Origin: Gemmatimonadales bacterium
GTDB lineage: Bacteria; Gemmatimonadota; Gemmatimonadetes; Gemmatimonadales; GWC2-71-9
Reading direction: 5' to 3'
NCBI GenBank assembly: GCA_046596135.1
Contig: JBKJMX010000001.1
Location: forward strand, 1,912-65,911
Length of the DNA: 64,000 bases
The notes under the pieces are model-generated. The model saw nothing but the letters and a program-made list of their open reading frames with translations, did not search any database and was not told the origin of the DNA. This document shows, one piece after another, positions 26,523 through 38,000 of this stretch. Both the position numbers and the translations under genes were made by a program. The first letter of the stretch is position 1. The number at the start of each line of letters is the position of its first letter.

Positions 26523-27419
26523 ATGGGTCGAGGAGAGTCGGTGAACCTCGAGACGAATGACGGCGGGCTCCGGCTGGGGCTGCCGAAGGGACGCATGCAG
26601 GCAGAGATATTCACGTTGCTCGATGCCGCGGGGCTGACCGTGCGCGCGGGGCAACGCGAGTACCGGCCGATGATCGCGGGCAGCGGGTTCAACGTGAAGA
26701 TCCTGAAACCGCAGAGCATCGTCGAGATGCTGGCGCTCGGGTCACGCGACGTCGGCTTCGCCGGCGCCGACTGGGTCGCCGAACTCGACGCAGAGCTGGT
26801 CGAGGTTCTCGACACCGGCTTCAACCCGGTTGACCTGGTCGCGGCGGCACCAGCTGCGCTGCTGGCCCGGGGTCCACTCGACAGCCAGCCTGGCCTCGTG
26901 GTCGCGACCGAGTACCCGCGTCTCACCACGGCCTGGCTTCAGGACGGCGGCATCGACGCCAGCATCGTGCATTCCTGGGGCGCGACAGAGGTCTTTCCCC
27001 CCGACGACGCCGACCTGATCGTCGACAATACATCGACCGGTGCCACGCTGATCGCCAATAGCCTCGTGATCGTGGATACCCTGATGCGCTCGTCGACTCG
27101 GCTCTATGCGCATCCCCGTGCGCTGGATGACGCGGCGCGGCGTGCCGACATCGAGCGACTGGTGATGATGCTCACGTCGGTGCTCGAGGCACGCGGTCGG
27201 GTCATGGTCGAGGTCAACGTGACGCCTGATCGCCTCGAGGCGGTGTGCGCAGCGCTGCCATGCATGCGCGAGCCCACCATTGCCGCACTCCACGCCTCTG
27301 CTGGCTTTGCGATCAAGGCCGCTGTGCCCCGCGCCGATCTGGCGCGACTGGTGCCGTGCATCAAGGCTGCGGGCGGATCGGACATCGTGATCACGGCGCT
27401 CACCCACATCGTGCCATGA
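26523..27419 (+). CDS. hisG: ATP phosphoribosyltransferase, long form with C-terminal regulatory domain
   Basis: LRLGLPKGRMQ, LKPQSIVEMLALGSRDVGFAGADWV and DNTSTGATL motifs, plus a HisG_C-like tail. An alternative GTG start at 26541 follows AGGAGAG. Confidence 0.9.
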   Translation: MGRGESVNLETNDGGLRLGLPKGRMQAEIFTLLDAAGLTVRAGQREYRPMIAGSGFNVKILKPQSIVEMLALGSRDVGFAGADWVAELDAELVEVLDTGFNPVDLVAAAPAALLARGPLDSQPGLVVATEYPRLTTAWLQDGGIDASIVHSWGATEVFPPDDADLIVDNTSTGATLIANSLVIVDTLMRSSTRLYAHPRALDDAARRADIERLVMMLTSVLEARGRVMVEVNVTPDRLEAVCAALPCMREPTIAALHASAGFAIKAAVPRADLARLVPCIKAAGGSDIVITALTHIVP

Positions 27420-29125
27420 CCACGTCACCGCTTCCCGCACCCGCAACGCGAATCGTCGCCACTGGCGCATACGCGCCGCGTCGCCCCGCTGGACCGATCG
27501 ACCTCGATCTTGCGGGCACAGAGGGCTCGCGCGCCAATGCGTCGCCCGCCGACACCGCGGTTCGTGCCGCGCTGTCCCGCTACCCCGACGCCACGCCACT
27601 GCGCAACGCACTCGCCGCCCGCCACGACGTCGACCCCTCGCAGGTGCTGATCACTGCAGGGGCGGATGAGGCGCTGGAACGGCTCTTCCGGGCTTACCTC
27701 GAGCCGACGCGCGAGGTGATCCTGACGGACCCGACATTCGAGATGCTCCCCCGATATGCGCAGGCAACTGGGGCGACCCTCGTACGGGTTCCGTGGACGA
27801 CATCACGATTTCCCCTCGACACGCTGCTCGCTGCGATCACGCCGAATACCGCGATGATAGCAGTGGTCACGCCCAACAATCCCACCGGTGCGGTGGCGAC
27901 AACGGCAGACATTATCACGATCCACGACGCCGCGCCGGCCGCCGTGGTGGTCGTTGACCTCGCCTACGTCGAGTACGCCGACAGCGATCCCACCGCCGAA
28001 CTTCTCGCGTTTCCCCGCGTGGTGATCGTGCGCACGTTCTCCAAGGCATGGGGGCTGGCGGGCGCGCGTGTCGGGTACGCGTTGGGATCAGCGGACGTGA
28101 TCGCGGCAGCAGTGACCGCCGGCAACCCGTACCCCGTGTCGTCACCGTCGCTCGACCTCGCGCGCGAAGCTCTTGAAACCGGCGAGACAGCAATGCGCGA
28201 CCGAACCCAGTGGGTACGCGAGCGGCGAGGCCAATTGCTGGCATCGCTCGAGACCGCCGAAGTTCTCGCGATCCCGACGCAGGCAAATTTCGCGTGTGTG
28301 TCGCCCGCCAACCCCAGGTGGCTCTGGGATGGGCTGGCGGGACTCGGGATCGGGACCCGGTTGATCGAAGCCGCCTCGCCATCCCATGTTCGCATCACCG
28401 TGCCCGATGATGACGCTGGTTGCGACCGGGTCGCGGACGCGCTGCGATGCATCACCGATCCCGAATGCATCGTGTTCGACATGGACGGCGTGCTTGCCGA
28501 CGTGTCGCGCTCCTATCGGACCGCCATCATCGGCGCCGCCGCCGAGTTCGGGGTCACCGTGGCGCCGGCGGACATCCGGGCCATGAAGGAAGCCGGGAAT
28601 GCCAACGATGACTGGGCCCTGACCGCCGCATTGGTCGCCGCGCAGCGCGATGACGTCCCGTTTGCCGAGATCAAGGCGGCATTCGAGCGATTGTATCAGG
28701 GCACCGCGTCCACGCCCGGGCTTCACCTCACGGAAACGCTGCTTGTCGATCCCGGATTGCTGCGCCGGCTCGCCGCGAGGCTCCCGCTCGCGATTGCCAC
28801 CGGACGGCCGCGTGCCGATGCGGAGCGCTTCCTCACCCGATTCAATGTGCGCGACTGCTTCACGGCATGCGTGACGTGCGACGACGGACCCGGCAAACCT
28901 GATCCGTTTGCCGCCGCAGAGGCACTCCGGTTGGTCGGAGCGCAGCGCGCATGGATGATCGGCGACACTCCCGACGATGTCCGTTGTGCGCGCCGCGCCG
29001 GCCTCCTCCCGATCGGCATCCTCGCCCCCGGCGACCCGGGATCGCGGATGACTGCAGCACTTCTCGGTGCGGGCGCGGCGCGCGTCCTTTCTTCACTCGA
29101 CGACCTGGAGATCCTGCTACCATGA
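27416..29125 (+). CDS. hisC: histidinol-phosphate aminotransferase fused to a HAD-superfamily phosphatase domain
   Basis: ATGA overlap with hisG. The N-terminal approx. 350 aa is a class-II aminotransferase ([20 protein letters not shown]). The C-terminal approx. 220 aa carries HAD motifs I-IV (FDMDGVL, IATG, GKPDP, GDTPDD). Confidence 0.85.
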   Translation: MTTSPLPAPATRIVATGAYAPRRPAGPIDLDLAGTEGSRANASPADTAVRAALSRYPDATPLRNALAARHDVDPSQVLITAGADEALERLFRAYLEPTREVILTDPTFEMLPRYAQATGATLVRVPWTTSRFPLDTLLAAITPNTAMIAVVTPNNPTGAVATTADIITIHDAAPAAVVVVDLAYVEYADSDPTAELLAFPRVVIVRTFSKAWGLAGARVGYALGSADVIAAAVTAGNPYPVSSPSLDLAREALETGETAMRDRTQWVRERRGQLLASLETAEVLAIPTQANFACVSPANPRWLWDGLAGLGIGTRLIEAASPSHVRITVPDDDAGCDRVADALRCITDPECIVFDMDGVLADVSRSYRTAIIGAAAEFGVTVAPADIRAMKEAGNANDDWALTAALVAAQRDDVPFAEIKAAFERLYQGTASTPGLHLTETLLVDPGLLRRLAARLPLAIATGRPRADAERFLTRFNVRDCFTACVTCDDGPGKPDPFAAAEALRLVGAQRAWMIGDTPDDVRCARRAGLLPIGILAPGDPGSRMTAALLGAGAARVLSSLDDLEILLP

Positions 29126-29712
29126 ATTCGAGAACCGCCGAATACTCCCGCGCCACCCGCGAGACCGACGTCACCGTGAGCATCTCCCTCGACGGCGCTG
29201 GCGAATCGAGCATCGCGACCGGAATCGGGTTCCTCGATCACCTGCTCACGGCGCTTGCCATGCATAGCGGGATGACGATCGATGCCAAGGTCACCGGCGA
29301 CCTGCACGTCGACGATCACCACACCGTCGAGGATGTCGCATTGGCCCTGGGCACCGCCTTCGACCGTGCACTCGGCGACCGGCGGGGCATCACCCGCTTC
29401 GGAAGTGCGTACGCACCGCTCGATGAGGCACTGGCGCGCGCGGTGATCGACCTCTCCGGGAGACCGTTCGCCCGGGTCGAACTCGGCCTGCGCCGCGAAC
29501 AACTGGGCGGGCTGTCCTGCGAGAACATCCCACACGCGCTCGCATCCTTTGCCACGGCGGCGCGACTCACGTTGCATGTCGATGTGATCGCCGGGGAGAA
29601 CGATCATCACCGCGCCGAGGCCGCGTTCAAGGCCGTGGCGCTGGCGCTTCGTGATGCGGTGCGACAGACGGGCAATGCTGCCGTTCCCAGCACGAAGGGG
29701 TCACTCACGTGA
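29122..29712 (+). CDS. hisB: imidazoleglycerol-phosphate dehydratase (monofunctional)
   Basis: ATGA overlap. [34 protein letters not shown] and [12 protein letters not shown] motifs. 196 aa with no phosphatase domain. Confidence 0.92.
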   Translation: MNSRTAEYSRATRETDVTVSISLDGAGESSIATGIGFLDHLLTALAMHSGMTIDAKVTGDLHVDDHHTVEDVALALGTAFDRALGDRRGITRFGSAYAPLDEALARAVIDLSGRPFARVELGLRREQLGGLSCENIPHALASFATAARLTLHVDVIAGENDHHRAEAAFKAVALALRDAVRQTGNAAVPSTKGSLT

Positions 29713-30305
29713 CCAGGTCGATTGCGATCGTGTCAACCGGGACCGCCAACGTGGCGTCGATGGAGGCCGGCCTCCGCCGAGCCGGCGCCGAACCATTCCG
29801 CACCTCCGACCCCGATCAGGTGGCCGAGGCCTTGGGCGTCGTCATCCCCGGCGTCGGAACCTTTGCCGCCGCGATGACGCACCTTCGCGAAACTGGGATG
29901 GATGCCGCGCTGCGCGCCCGCTTCCGCTCGGGCCGTCCTGTCCTGGCCGTCTGCCTCGGTCTGCAGCTTCTGGCCCGGACGAGCGAGGAATCACCCGGCG
30001 AGACCGGGCTCGGCATTGTCGACGTCGACGTCGTCGGGCTGCCTGCAGGTGCCACGCGGCCGCAGCTCGGATGGAACGAGGTCGTCCCGTCGATGCCCGG
30101 ATTGGTCGAGGGCGGTCACGCCTACTTCGCCAACTCATACTGCCTGCGCTCGGAAACCGATGATTGGCAAGCGTCACATGCACATCACGGCGACCGGTTC
30201 GTCGCGGCCATGCAGCGGGACCGTCAGCTCGCCTGTCAATTCCACCCCGAGTTGTCCGGGGCGTGGGGTGTGGCGTTGCTCACCCGGTGGGTCGCCGCAT
30301 GCTGA
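29709..30305 (+). CDS. hisH: imidazole glycerol phosphate synthase, glutamine amidotransferase subunit
   Basis: GTGA overlap. VIPGVG, catalytic Cys in AVCLGLQLL, and CQFHPE. Confidence 0.9.
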   Translation: MTRSIAIVSTGTANVASMEAGLRRAGAEPFRTSDPDQVAEALGVVIPGVGTFAAAMTHLRETGMDAALRARFRSGRPVLAVCLGLQLLARTSEESPGETGLGIVDVDVVGLPAGATRPQLGWNEVVPSMPGLVEGGHAYFANSYCLRSETDDWQASHAHHGDRFVAAMQRDRQLACQFHPELSGAWGVALLTRWVAAC

Positions 30306-31051
30306 CTCGACGGATCATTCCCTGTCTCGACACCAGCGATGGCCGGGTGCTCAAGGGCCGACAGTTCCGCGAGATGCGCGACGTCGGCGATCCCGCCGAG
30401 CTTGCCGCCCGCTACGACGCCACCGGCGCCGACGAACTGGTGCTGCTCGATGTGACCGCGACAACAGGAGACCGGCCGCATGCTGCCGAAACCGTGCGGG
30501 CGGTGCGCCGCGAACTCACCATCCCGCTCACCGTGGGTGGCGGCGTGCGCAGTGTGGGTGATGCCGAGCGCCTGCTTGACAGCGGCGCCGACAAGGTGGC
30601 GCTCAACAGCGCGGCGCTGGTCCGCCCCGGTTTGGTCACGGCGCTCGCAGACCGGTTCGGCACCCAGTGCATCGTGGTCGCAATCGATGCGCTGCGGGTG
30701 GGGGAGACGTGGATGGTGCGTGCGAGGGCCGGATCGGAGGACGTGGCGCGCGATGCGATCTCCTGGGCCGCGGAGGCGGAACAACTCGGCGCTGGTGAGA
30801 TCCTGCTCACCAGCATCGACCGCGACGGCACACGCAGCGGATTCGATGTCGCGCTGCTTGCGGCGGTGACGAGCCGCGTGTTCATCCCGGTGATCGCGTC
30901 GGGCGGTGCCCATGATGCATCGGATTTTGTTGCCGCGTTCGGTGCGGGCGCCGACGCCGTGCTCGCGGCGTCGATCTTTCACGATCAGGACACCACGGTC
31001 GTTGAACTCAAGCGAACGCTCGCCGCATGTGGCGTGGAGGTCCGGCCATGA
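30299..31051 (+). CDS. hisF: imidazole glycerol phosphate synthase, cyclase subunit
   Basis: Start [11 protein letters not shown] overlaps the hisH stop by 7 nt. Motifs DELVLLD, PLTVGGGVRS, ADKVALNSAA and GAGEILLTSIDRDGT. Confidence 0.92.
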   Translation: MLTRRIIPCLDTSDGRVLKGRQFREMRDVGDPAELAARYDATGADELVLLDVTATTGDRPHAAETVRAVRRELTIPLTVGGGVRSVGDAERLLDSGADKVALNSAALVRPGLVTALADRFGTQCIVVAIDALRVGETWMVRARAGSEDVARDAISWAAEAEQLGAGEILLTSIDRDGTRSGFDVALLAAVTSRVFIPVIASGGAHDASDFVAAFGAGADAVLAASIFHDQDTTVVELKRTLAACGVEVRP

Positions 31052-33588
31052 TCATCCCGTCCATCGATATCCGTGGCGGCGAGACCGTGCAACTGGTGGG
31101 CGGGCGCGATCTGGCAATCGCGGCGGGCTCGCCCGACCCATGGCTGGAGCGGTTTGCCTTGGCAGGCGAGATCGCCATTGTGGACCTTGATGGTGCGTTT
31201 TCCACCGGCGACCAGCAGGAGGTGATCGCAGGTCTTTGTGAGCGGGCGTCGTGCCGGGTTGGCGGCGGCATTCGCGACTACGACCGTGCGCGCCGCTGGC
31301 TCGACGCCGGCGCTGCGCGGATCGTACTGGGGACAGCCGCCGAGCCCGCCCTGTTGTCCAAGCTGCCGCGGGACCGCACGATCGCGGCACTCGACGCCAT
31401 CGATGGCGAGATCGTGGTCGACGGATGGAGGCGCCGCACTGGCAGAGGTGTCGTCGAGCGTCTCCGCGAATTGCGCCCACATGTCGGCGGGTTCCTCGTC
31501 ACGTTCGTCGAGCGCGAGGGCCGGCTGGGTGGCATCGATGCCGATGCCATCCGCCCGCTGGTTGAGGCCGCGGGCGACGCCCGCCTGACGATTGCGGGTG
31601 GGGTCACGACGGCTGGCGACGTGGCGTTGCTCGATCAGATGGGGGCCGACGCCCAGGTCGGCATGGCGTTGTACACCGGCGCGCTCACCCTTGGTGACGC
31701 CATCGGCGCTCCGCTCCGCTCCGATCGCGCCGACGGCCTCTTCCCCACCGTGGTGACCGACGAGCGCGGTGTCGCGCTGGGACTGGCCTATTCAAGCCAC
31801 GCGAGCTTGCGGCGCGCCGTGGACGAACGCCGCGGCGTCTATCACTCACGACGCCGAGGACTCTGGGTCAAGGGCGAGTCCTCCGGTGCCACGCAGGAGT
31901 TGCTCCGTGTTGACCTTGACTGCGACCGCGACACCCTGCGATTCGTGGTGCGCCAGCACGGCACGGGGTTCTGCCATCGGGACACGGCCACCTGCTGGGG
32001 CAACGGTAGGGGCGTAGCTGCGCTCGAATCCACGCTTCGACAGCGGCGCGGGGCCCCCGAGCCGGGATCGTACACGCAGCGCCTCTGGGATGATCCCGAC
32101 CTGCTCGCAAGCAAGCTGGTGGAGGAAGCCCGCGAACTCGCCGAAGCCGTGGACCCCGAGCATGTGGTGCGAGAGGCCGCCGACGTGACCTACTTCACGG
32201 GCGTGGCACTCCGGCGCGCCGGCGCGTCGTTCGCTGATGTCGATCGCGAACTCGACCGTCGCGCGCTCCGGGTTGCCCGCCGGCCAGGTAACGCGAAGCC
32301 TGAAACAGCCACGGAACCATCAGGTGGTTTGTCGTTCACCGGACTTCGACGGGTCGGACCCGGGAACCTCCCCACGAGGATCGCCAGTGCCGTCGATCCC
32401 GCCACATCGGCACGCGCGACCGCGATCGTGGACGCCGTGCGGCTCGGCGGCGATGCTGCGCTTGCTGGGTTCGCACGGGAACTCGACGGCTGGACCGGCG
32501 GCAATTCACTGGTCATCGGTGCGGATGCACTGGCGGCCGCCCTCACCGACCTTGACCCCGCGGTGCGCGAGCTGCTTGACAGGGTCGCGGGTCGGATCCG
32601 CGAATTCGCCGTGGCGCAGCGCGGCACGATCGCCGAGCTGGACACTGCCGTCACTGGCGGGCGCGCCGGGCACCAGATCATCCCCGTGTCACGCGCTGGC
32701 TGTTACGCGCCGGCGGGACGCTTTCCGCTTCCGTCATCGTTGCTCATGGGGGTGGTCACCGCGCGGGCGGCGGGCGTCTCGGAGGTTTGGGTGGCGACAC
32801 CGGCACCATCGCCGCTCATGCTCGCCACTGCCGCGATTGCTGGCGCGACCGGCGTGATCGCTGCGGGGGGAGCGCACGCGATCGCAGCACTCGCTTACGG
32901 CACCGAGACGATCGCGGCGTGCGACGTGATCGTGGGGCCCGGCAGCAAGTGGGTCACGGCCGCGAAACGTTGCGTGGCTGGCGACGTGGCGATCGACTTC
33001 CTCGCCGGCCCCTCGGAGCTCCTGGTGGTGGCAGATGCATCCGCAGCTGTGGATGCAGTGGCTGCAGACTTGCTTGCGCAGGCGGAGCACGATGCCGACG
33101 CGTTGCCAATTCTCATCGGCACCACGAGTGACGTGCTCGATGCGGTGGACGCAGCGCTGGTCCGGCAACTCGCGGAACTTCCGGCGCTATCGCCGGCGCA
33201 CCAATCATTGCATGGCGGCTTCGCGGTGCTGTGTGCCACCGAACAGGAAATCATCGCGACCATCGATGCGATCGCGCCCGAGCACCTTCAGTTGTCGGTC
33301 GAGATGCCCGGTGCCCTCGCCGCGCGCTGCACCAATGCGGGCGCGATGTTCCTCGGCAACCAGTCGGCGGAGGTGTTCGGGGACTATGGGGCGGGCCCGA
33401 ACCACATCCTTCCCACCGGTCGCGCGGCACGACACACCGGAGGGCTTTCGGTGATGCACTTCCTCCGGATGCGTACCTGGTTGGCGTTGGATCAGCCGGA
33501 ACGTCTGGCGCTTGACACGGCGATGCTGGCGAGACTCGAGGGCCTGGAGGCTCACGCTCGGGCGGCCGAGATGCGCCGGCCAGGATAA
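31048..33588 (+). CDS. four-domain fusion HisA - HisI - HisE - HisD (ProFAR isomerase / PR-AMP cyclohydrolase / PR-ATP pyrophosphatase / histidinol dehydrogenase)
   Basis: ATGA overlap with hisF and a single uninterrupted 846-aa frame. HisA: IIPSIDIRGG...VGGGIR...GGV. HisI: GLWVKGESSG...DCDRDTL...CH. HisE: YTQRLWDD...KLVEEARE. HisD: GCYAPAGRFPLPSS, GPGSKWVTAAK, AGPSE, AQAEHD, GDYGAGPNHILPT. Confidence 0.88.
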   Translation: MIIPSIDIRGGETVQLVGGRDLAIAAGSPDPWLERFALAGEIAIVDLDGAFSTGDQQEVIAGLCERASCRVGGGIRDYDRARRWLDAGAARIVLGTAAEPALLSKLPRDRTIAALDAIDGEIVVDGWRRRTGRGVVERLRELRPHVGGFLVTFVEREGRLGGIDADAIRPLVEAAGDARLTIAGGVTTAGDVALLDQMGADAQVGMALYTGALTLGDAIGAPLRSDRADGLFPTVVTDERGVALGLAYSSHASLRRAVDERRGVYHSRRRGLWVKGESSGATQELLRVDLDCDRDTLRFVVRQHGTGFCHRDTATCWGNGRGVAALESTLRQRRGAPEPGSYTQRLWDDPDLLASKLVEEARELAEAVDPEHVVREAADVTYFTGVALRRAGASFADVDRELDRRALRVARRPGNAKPETATEPSGGLSFTGLRRVGPGNLPTRIASAVDPATSARATAIVDAVRLGGDAALAGFARELDGWTGGNSLVIGADALAAALTDLDPAVRELLDRVAGRIREFAVAQRGTIAELDTAVTGGRAGHQIIPVSRAGCYAPAGRFPLPSSLLMGVVTARAAGVSEVWVATPAPSPLMLATAAIAGATGVIAAGGAHAIAALAYGTETIAACDVIVGPGSKWVTAAKRCVAGDVAIDFLAGPSELLVVADASAAVDAVAADLLAQAEHDADALPILIGTTSDVLDAVDAALVRQLAELPALSPAHQSLHGGFAVLCATEQEIIATIDAIAPEHLQLSVEMPGALAARCTNAGAMFLGNQSAEVFGDYGAGPNHILPTGRAARHTGGLSVMHFLRMRTWLALDQPERLALDTAMLARLEGLEAHARAAEMRRPG

Positions 33589-33591
33589 CGG

Positions 33592-34875
33592 CTAGCGACC
33601 CTGCCGGAATGCGCGGGCAGCGGGCGGGACCGGGGTTCCGATCGGAGTCGCGCCCGACGGGGGGAGCCCCGAATCATCCGCGTCGTCGCCCACGATGACG
33701 GCGGCTGCCATCGTCCCGGTGACATTGGCGGTGGTGCGGAACATGTCCGGGACAGTGTCGACGGCCAGGAGGATCCCGAGACCTTCGATTGGCAACCCGA
33801 CGCTCAAGAGCACCGGCGCCATGATCAAAATTGAGCCGCCCGGGATGCCGGGCACCGAGAACGAGACGGCGACCGACGTCACGGCAATCGTGACGAGCTC
33901 GGCAGGCCCCAACGCAACCCCGTATAGCCGACCGACGAAGAGCACGCCAACCGGGAGCGCAACGCCGGCTCCCAGTCGGAAGAGTGACGTGCTGAACGGC
34001 ATGAAGAAGGCGGCGATGCGCGGCGACAGCCCCAGCAGCGCCGCGCCGTCGATCAGCGCGGGAAGCGCAGCGAGCGACGAGCGGGCCGAAATGGCGATGC
34101 CCTGTGCCGGGGCGACCGCGCGCGCGAACATTCGCACACCGGACCCGCGAGCCATCACCAGCAGGTAGAGCGCGCCGATCACGGCCGTCATGAGCACCGC
34201 CGTCACCACGACGTACGCCACCACGGCGCCCAGCGCGGTCACCCCGAGCCGCACGGCGAGCGGCAGGGCGAGCGCGAACACGCCGATCGGCGCAACCGAC
34301 AGGATCCACCGCACCAGCACGAGCGTCATCGCACAGATTGCGTTGGCGGCGCCAAGCAACTGTTCGCGATACTCGGCAGGCACCCGGGCGGCGGCAGCCC
34401 CGAAGAGCAGGGTCGCCACGATTACCGGAAGCATCAACCCGCTTGCGCCCGTGGCAAGAATGTTGGTCGGAACCAGATTGACGATCCATTCGCGGACGGC
34501 GGGAACGTCGTGCGAACCGGTGGCAGCGGTTGCCGCCGGCACCACGGCTTCGCCGCCCTGGATGGCAAACAGGTCGAAGAGGGCGGGCGCCACCATCACG
34601 GTCAAACCGGCCGTCACCAGGAGCAGGATGGTAAAAACCACGATCGCCCGCAGGCCCAGTGTTCCGATCCCGCTGCCGCCACCCATCACCGCCACGAACA
34701 GCAGCGACACGACCAGGGGCAGTACCGTCATTTGCAGCCCGCGGGTCCACAGCGTGCCGATGGGTTCGATCCACATCGCCAAGTCGCGCCATGCCGGGGG
34801 TGCGAGGAGCACCAACAGGATGCCACCAACGAGGCCGGCGACGAGGCCCGTGAGGACACGACTGGTCAGCGACAT
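33592..34875 (-). CDS. dicarboxylate/amino acid:cation symporter (DAACS family)
   Basis: Start MSLTSRVLTGLVAGL. SSLAALPA, VPGIPGGS and AVDTVPDMFRTTANVTG signature motifs. Confidence 0.9.
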   Translation of the reverse strand: MSLTSRVLTGLVAGLVGGILLVLLAPPAWRDLAMWIEPIGTLWTRGLQMTVLPLVVSLLFVAVMGGGSGIGTLGLRAIVVFTILLLVTAGLTVMVAPALFDLFAIQGGEAVVPAATAATGSHDVPAVREWIVNLVPTNILATGASGLMLPVIVATLLFGAAAARVPAEYREQLLGAANAICAMTLVLVRWILSVAPIGVFALALPLAVRLGVTALGAVVAYVVVTAVLMTAVIGALYLLVMARGSGVRMFARAVAPAQGIAISARSSLAALPALIDGAALLGLSPRIAAFFMPFSTSLFRLGAGVALPVGVLFVGRLYGVALGPAELVTIAVTSVAVSFSVPGIPGGSILIMAPVLLSVGLPIEGLGILLAVDTVPDMFRTTANVTGTMAAAVIVGDDADDSGLPPSGATPIGTPVPPAARAFRQGR

Positions 34876-35096
34876 GTCGGGAATGTAGCGGACGGCGGAT
34901 GGGGGGGCGAAAGCACTGGCCCAGGGCCGGTCCGACGCGGCGATGTCGGGGACAGCGCCGCCCAAGCGTCTACATTGTGACGAAGGTTCAGCGCACTCAT
35001 TCGTGCCGTGAGATGTCACCACCGGCCCCGCACCCCGCCGGCGTTGGGCGGAGCACGTTCTTTCCCGTGAATGCTGTGCCCATGCCTGGAGAGTTA

Positions 35097-38000
35097 ATGG
35101 TTTCACGCGCGCCCGGCTGGACGACTGACGACAGCACGCTGCAGGACCCGATCCGCGCGGAGCTGTTCGGCCCCGAGCGGCTGGAGCAACACGCGGCGTC
35201 GCTGGCGCACGCGCAGCAGGTCACCCGGATCGCGATCAAGGGGGGCCCGCTCCTCGAGCGGGTGCGCGACAACCGGCGGGTCCTCCGCGCCATGCAGGCG
35301 CAGATCGCCGAGGCGGTCACCGACGAGCGATGGATCACGCCGTCCGCGGAATGGCTGCTCGACAACTTCTACATCGTCGACGAACAGCTCCGGGAAATCC
35401 GGGACGACCTTCCGCAGGGTTTCTACCGCGAGCTGCCCAAGCTGATCGATGGCCCGCTTGCCACCCTGCCCCGCGTCTACGGGATCACCTGGGCATTCAT
35501 CGCACATACCGACAGCCGGTTCGATCCCGACCTGCTCATCCGGTTCATTGATTCATACCAGCGCGTCGATCCGCTGACGATCGGCGAGCTCTGGGCGATC
35601 GCGATCACGCTTCGCGTCGTCCTCGTGGAGAACCTCCGGCGGTGTGCCGAGGCAATCGCGCGGAGCATGCACGAACGCGAGCGGGCCGATCGCCTCGCCG
35701 ATGAGCTGCTCGGGGCCGAGGGTGACCAGGCGTCGACCTCTGCCGCACTGCTCCAGCGCTACGAAGACATCCCGATCTCGCGGGCGTTCGCGGTCGAACT
35801 GGTGATGCGGCTGCGGGACCGCGATCCCGCCGCCACCCCGGCGCTGAAGTGGCTCAACGAGCGGCTGACCCGGGAGGGATCGTCGGCGGACGATCTCGTC
35901 AACGAGGACCACCACCGTCAGGCAGCGATGACCGTGACGGTGCGCAACATCATCACGAGCATGCGCCTGGCGTCGGCGTTCGACTGGGCCGTGTTCGTCG
36001 AGCGGGTGAGTCTCGTTGACGAGCTCCTCCGTACCCACCCGACCTATCCGGCCATGGATTTTGCGAGCCGTGATGCCTACCGGCATGCGATCGAGGACCT
36101 CTCCCGCCGATCCAGCCGATCCGAACTGGAGGTGGCGCGCGAGGCATTGCGGCGGGCCGACCCCGCCGGGGAAGCGCCGGGCGGGATCGCACGCGATGCC
36201 CGGCAGGACGACCCGGGCTATTACCTCTTCGGCCGCGGGCGACGCGAGTTCGAGCACGAGGTTGGATACCACCCGTCGGCCATGCGTCGCATCTTCCGCG
36301 CGTACCTCGACGTGGCGGTGCCGGGCTACCTCGGGTCGATCGTTGTGCTCACGGCGGTGGTCCTTGCCATCCCCATCGTGCTGGCCCGCTCTGCGGGGGT
36401 GGCGCCATTCGATCTGGTGGTGCTGGCGCTCCTCGCGCTGATCCCCGCGTCTGATCTCGCTATTGCGCTGCTCAACCGGAGCGTGACGGCGATCGTGCCG
36501 CCCTCGCTGCTACCCCGTCTCGAGCTCAAGAACGGCATCCCGCTGGAACTGCGCACCCTCGTCGTCATCCCGACCCTCCTCACGTCTCCTGAGGAGATCG
36601 AGGAGACGGTCGAGCGCCTCGAGGTGCACTACCTCGCCAACCCTGACGGCGATGTGCACTTCGCAATCCTCTCCGACTGGACCGACGCGGCCACCGCACG
36701 GATGCCTGGCGACGAGGCCATGCTCAGTGCCGCGCAGCGCGGTATTGCCCGACTCAACGCGCGCCATGGCGAGGTCCGATTTCACCTGTTGCACCGGCGT
36801 CGGACGTGGAACGGGAGTGAAGGCACGTGGATGGGGTGGGAGCGGAAGCGGGGAAAGCTGCACGAACTCAACCGGCTGCTCCGCGGCGCCACCGACACCA
36901 CGTTCGTATCGGTTGACGGCAGCCCGGTCGCTGCGCCGCAAGGCGTGCAGTACATCATCACGCTGGATAGCGACACCCGGATCCCGATCGATGCCGTGGC
37001 GGGCCTTGTGGGCACGATGGCTCATCCGCTCAATCGTCCGCTCTTCGATGATGCCAGCCGTCGCGTGGTCGATGGATACGCCATCCTGCAGCCGCGTGTG
37101 ACGCCCCCGCTGCCTGGCCGCGCCGGCTCGCTCTACCAGCAACTGGTGTCGGGCTCGCCCGGGATCGACCCATACGCGTCGGCGATCTCCGATGTCTACC
37201 AGGACATCTTCGGCGAAGGATCGTTCACCGGAAAGGGGATCTACGACCTCGACGCGTTCGAGGCGGCGCTGGCAGGGCGGGTGCCGGAGAATCGCCTGCT
37301 CAGCCACGATCTCTACGAGGGGATCTTCGCCCGCGCCGGGCTCGTCACCGACATCGAGGTGTTCGAGTACGCACCCGCGAGCTACACCGTTGCCGCCGCG
37401 CGCCAGCATCGGTGGGTCCGTGGCGACTGGCAGCTCCTGCCGTGGTTGTTCGCACGCGGCCTGCCGCTTGTGGCCAGATGGAAGATCCTCGACAACATGC
37501 GGCGCTCACTCTCCGCCCCTTCCGCCTTCCTGACGATCGTGCTGGCGTGGAGCCTCGCCGACGTCGCACCAATGCGATGGATGCTGTTCATCCTGGCGAC
37601 CATTGTCATTCCCGCACTTATCCCGGTGGCTGCTGGCGTGGTTCCCCGCGGCCGCGGGATCTCGAAGCGAAGCCATGTCCGCGCCGTGCGGCGCGACCTC
37701 GAGGCCGCCGGTTGGCACACCGCCGTCACCGTGACCATGCTGGCGCACCAGTCATGGGTCATGGGGGATGCGATACTGCGGACGCTGGGTCGCGTGATCA
37801 TCACGCGTCGCCACCTGCTGCAGTGGACCACGGCGGCGCAATCGGCGAATAGCCATCGCAACCGCATCCGGGACTTCATGGGTCGGATGGCCGGCGCGCT
37901 CGTCCTCACCGCCGCCGCAACCGTCGCGGTGGCATGGAACCAGGCTCCCCGCTGGCAGACGGCCGTTCCACTCCTCCTGCTGTGGGCGTTCTCGCCGGTG

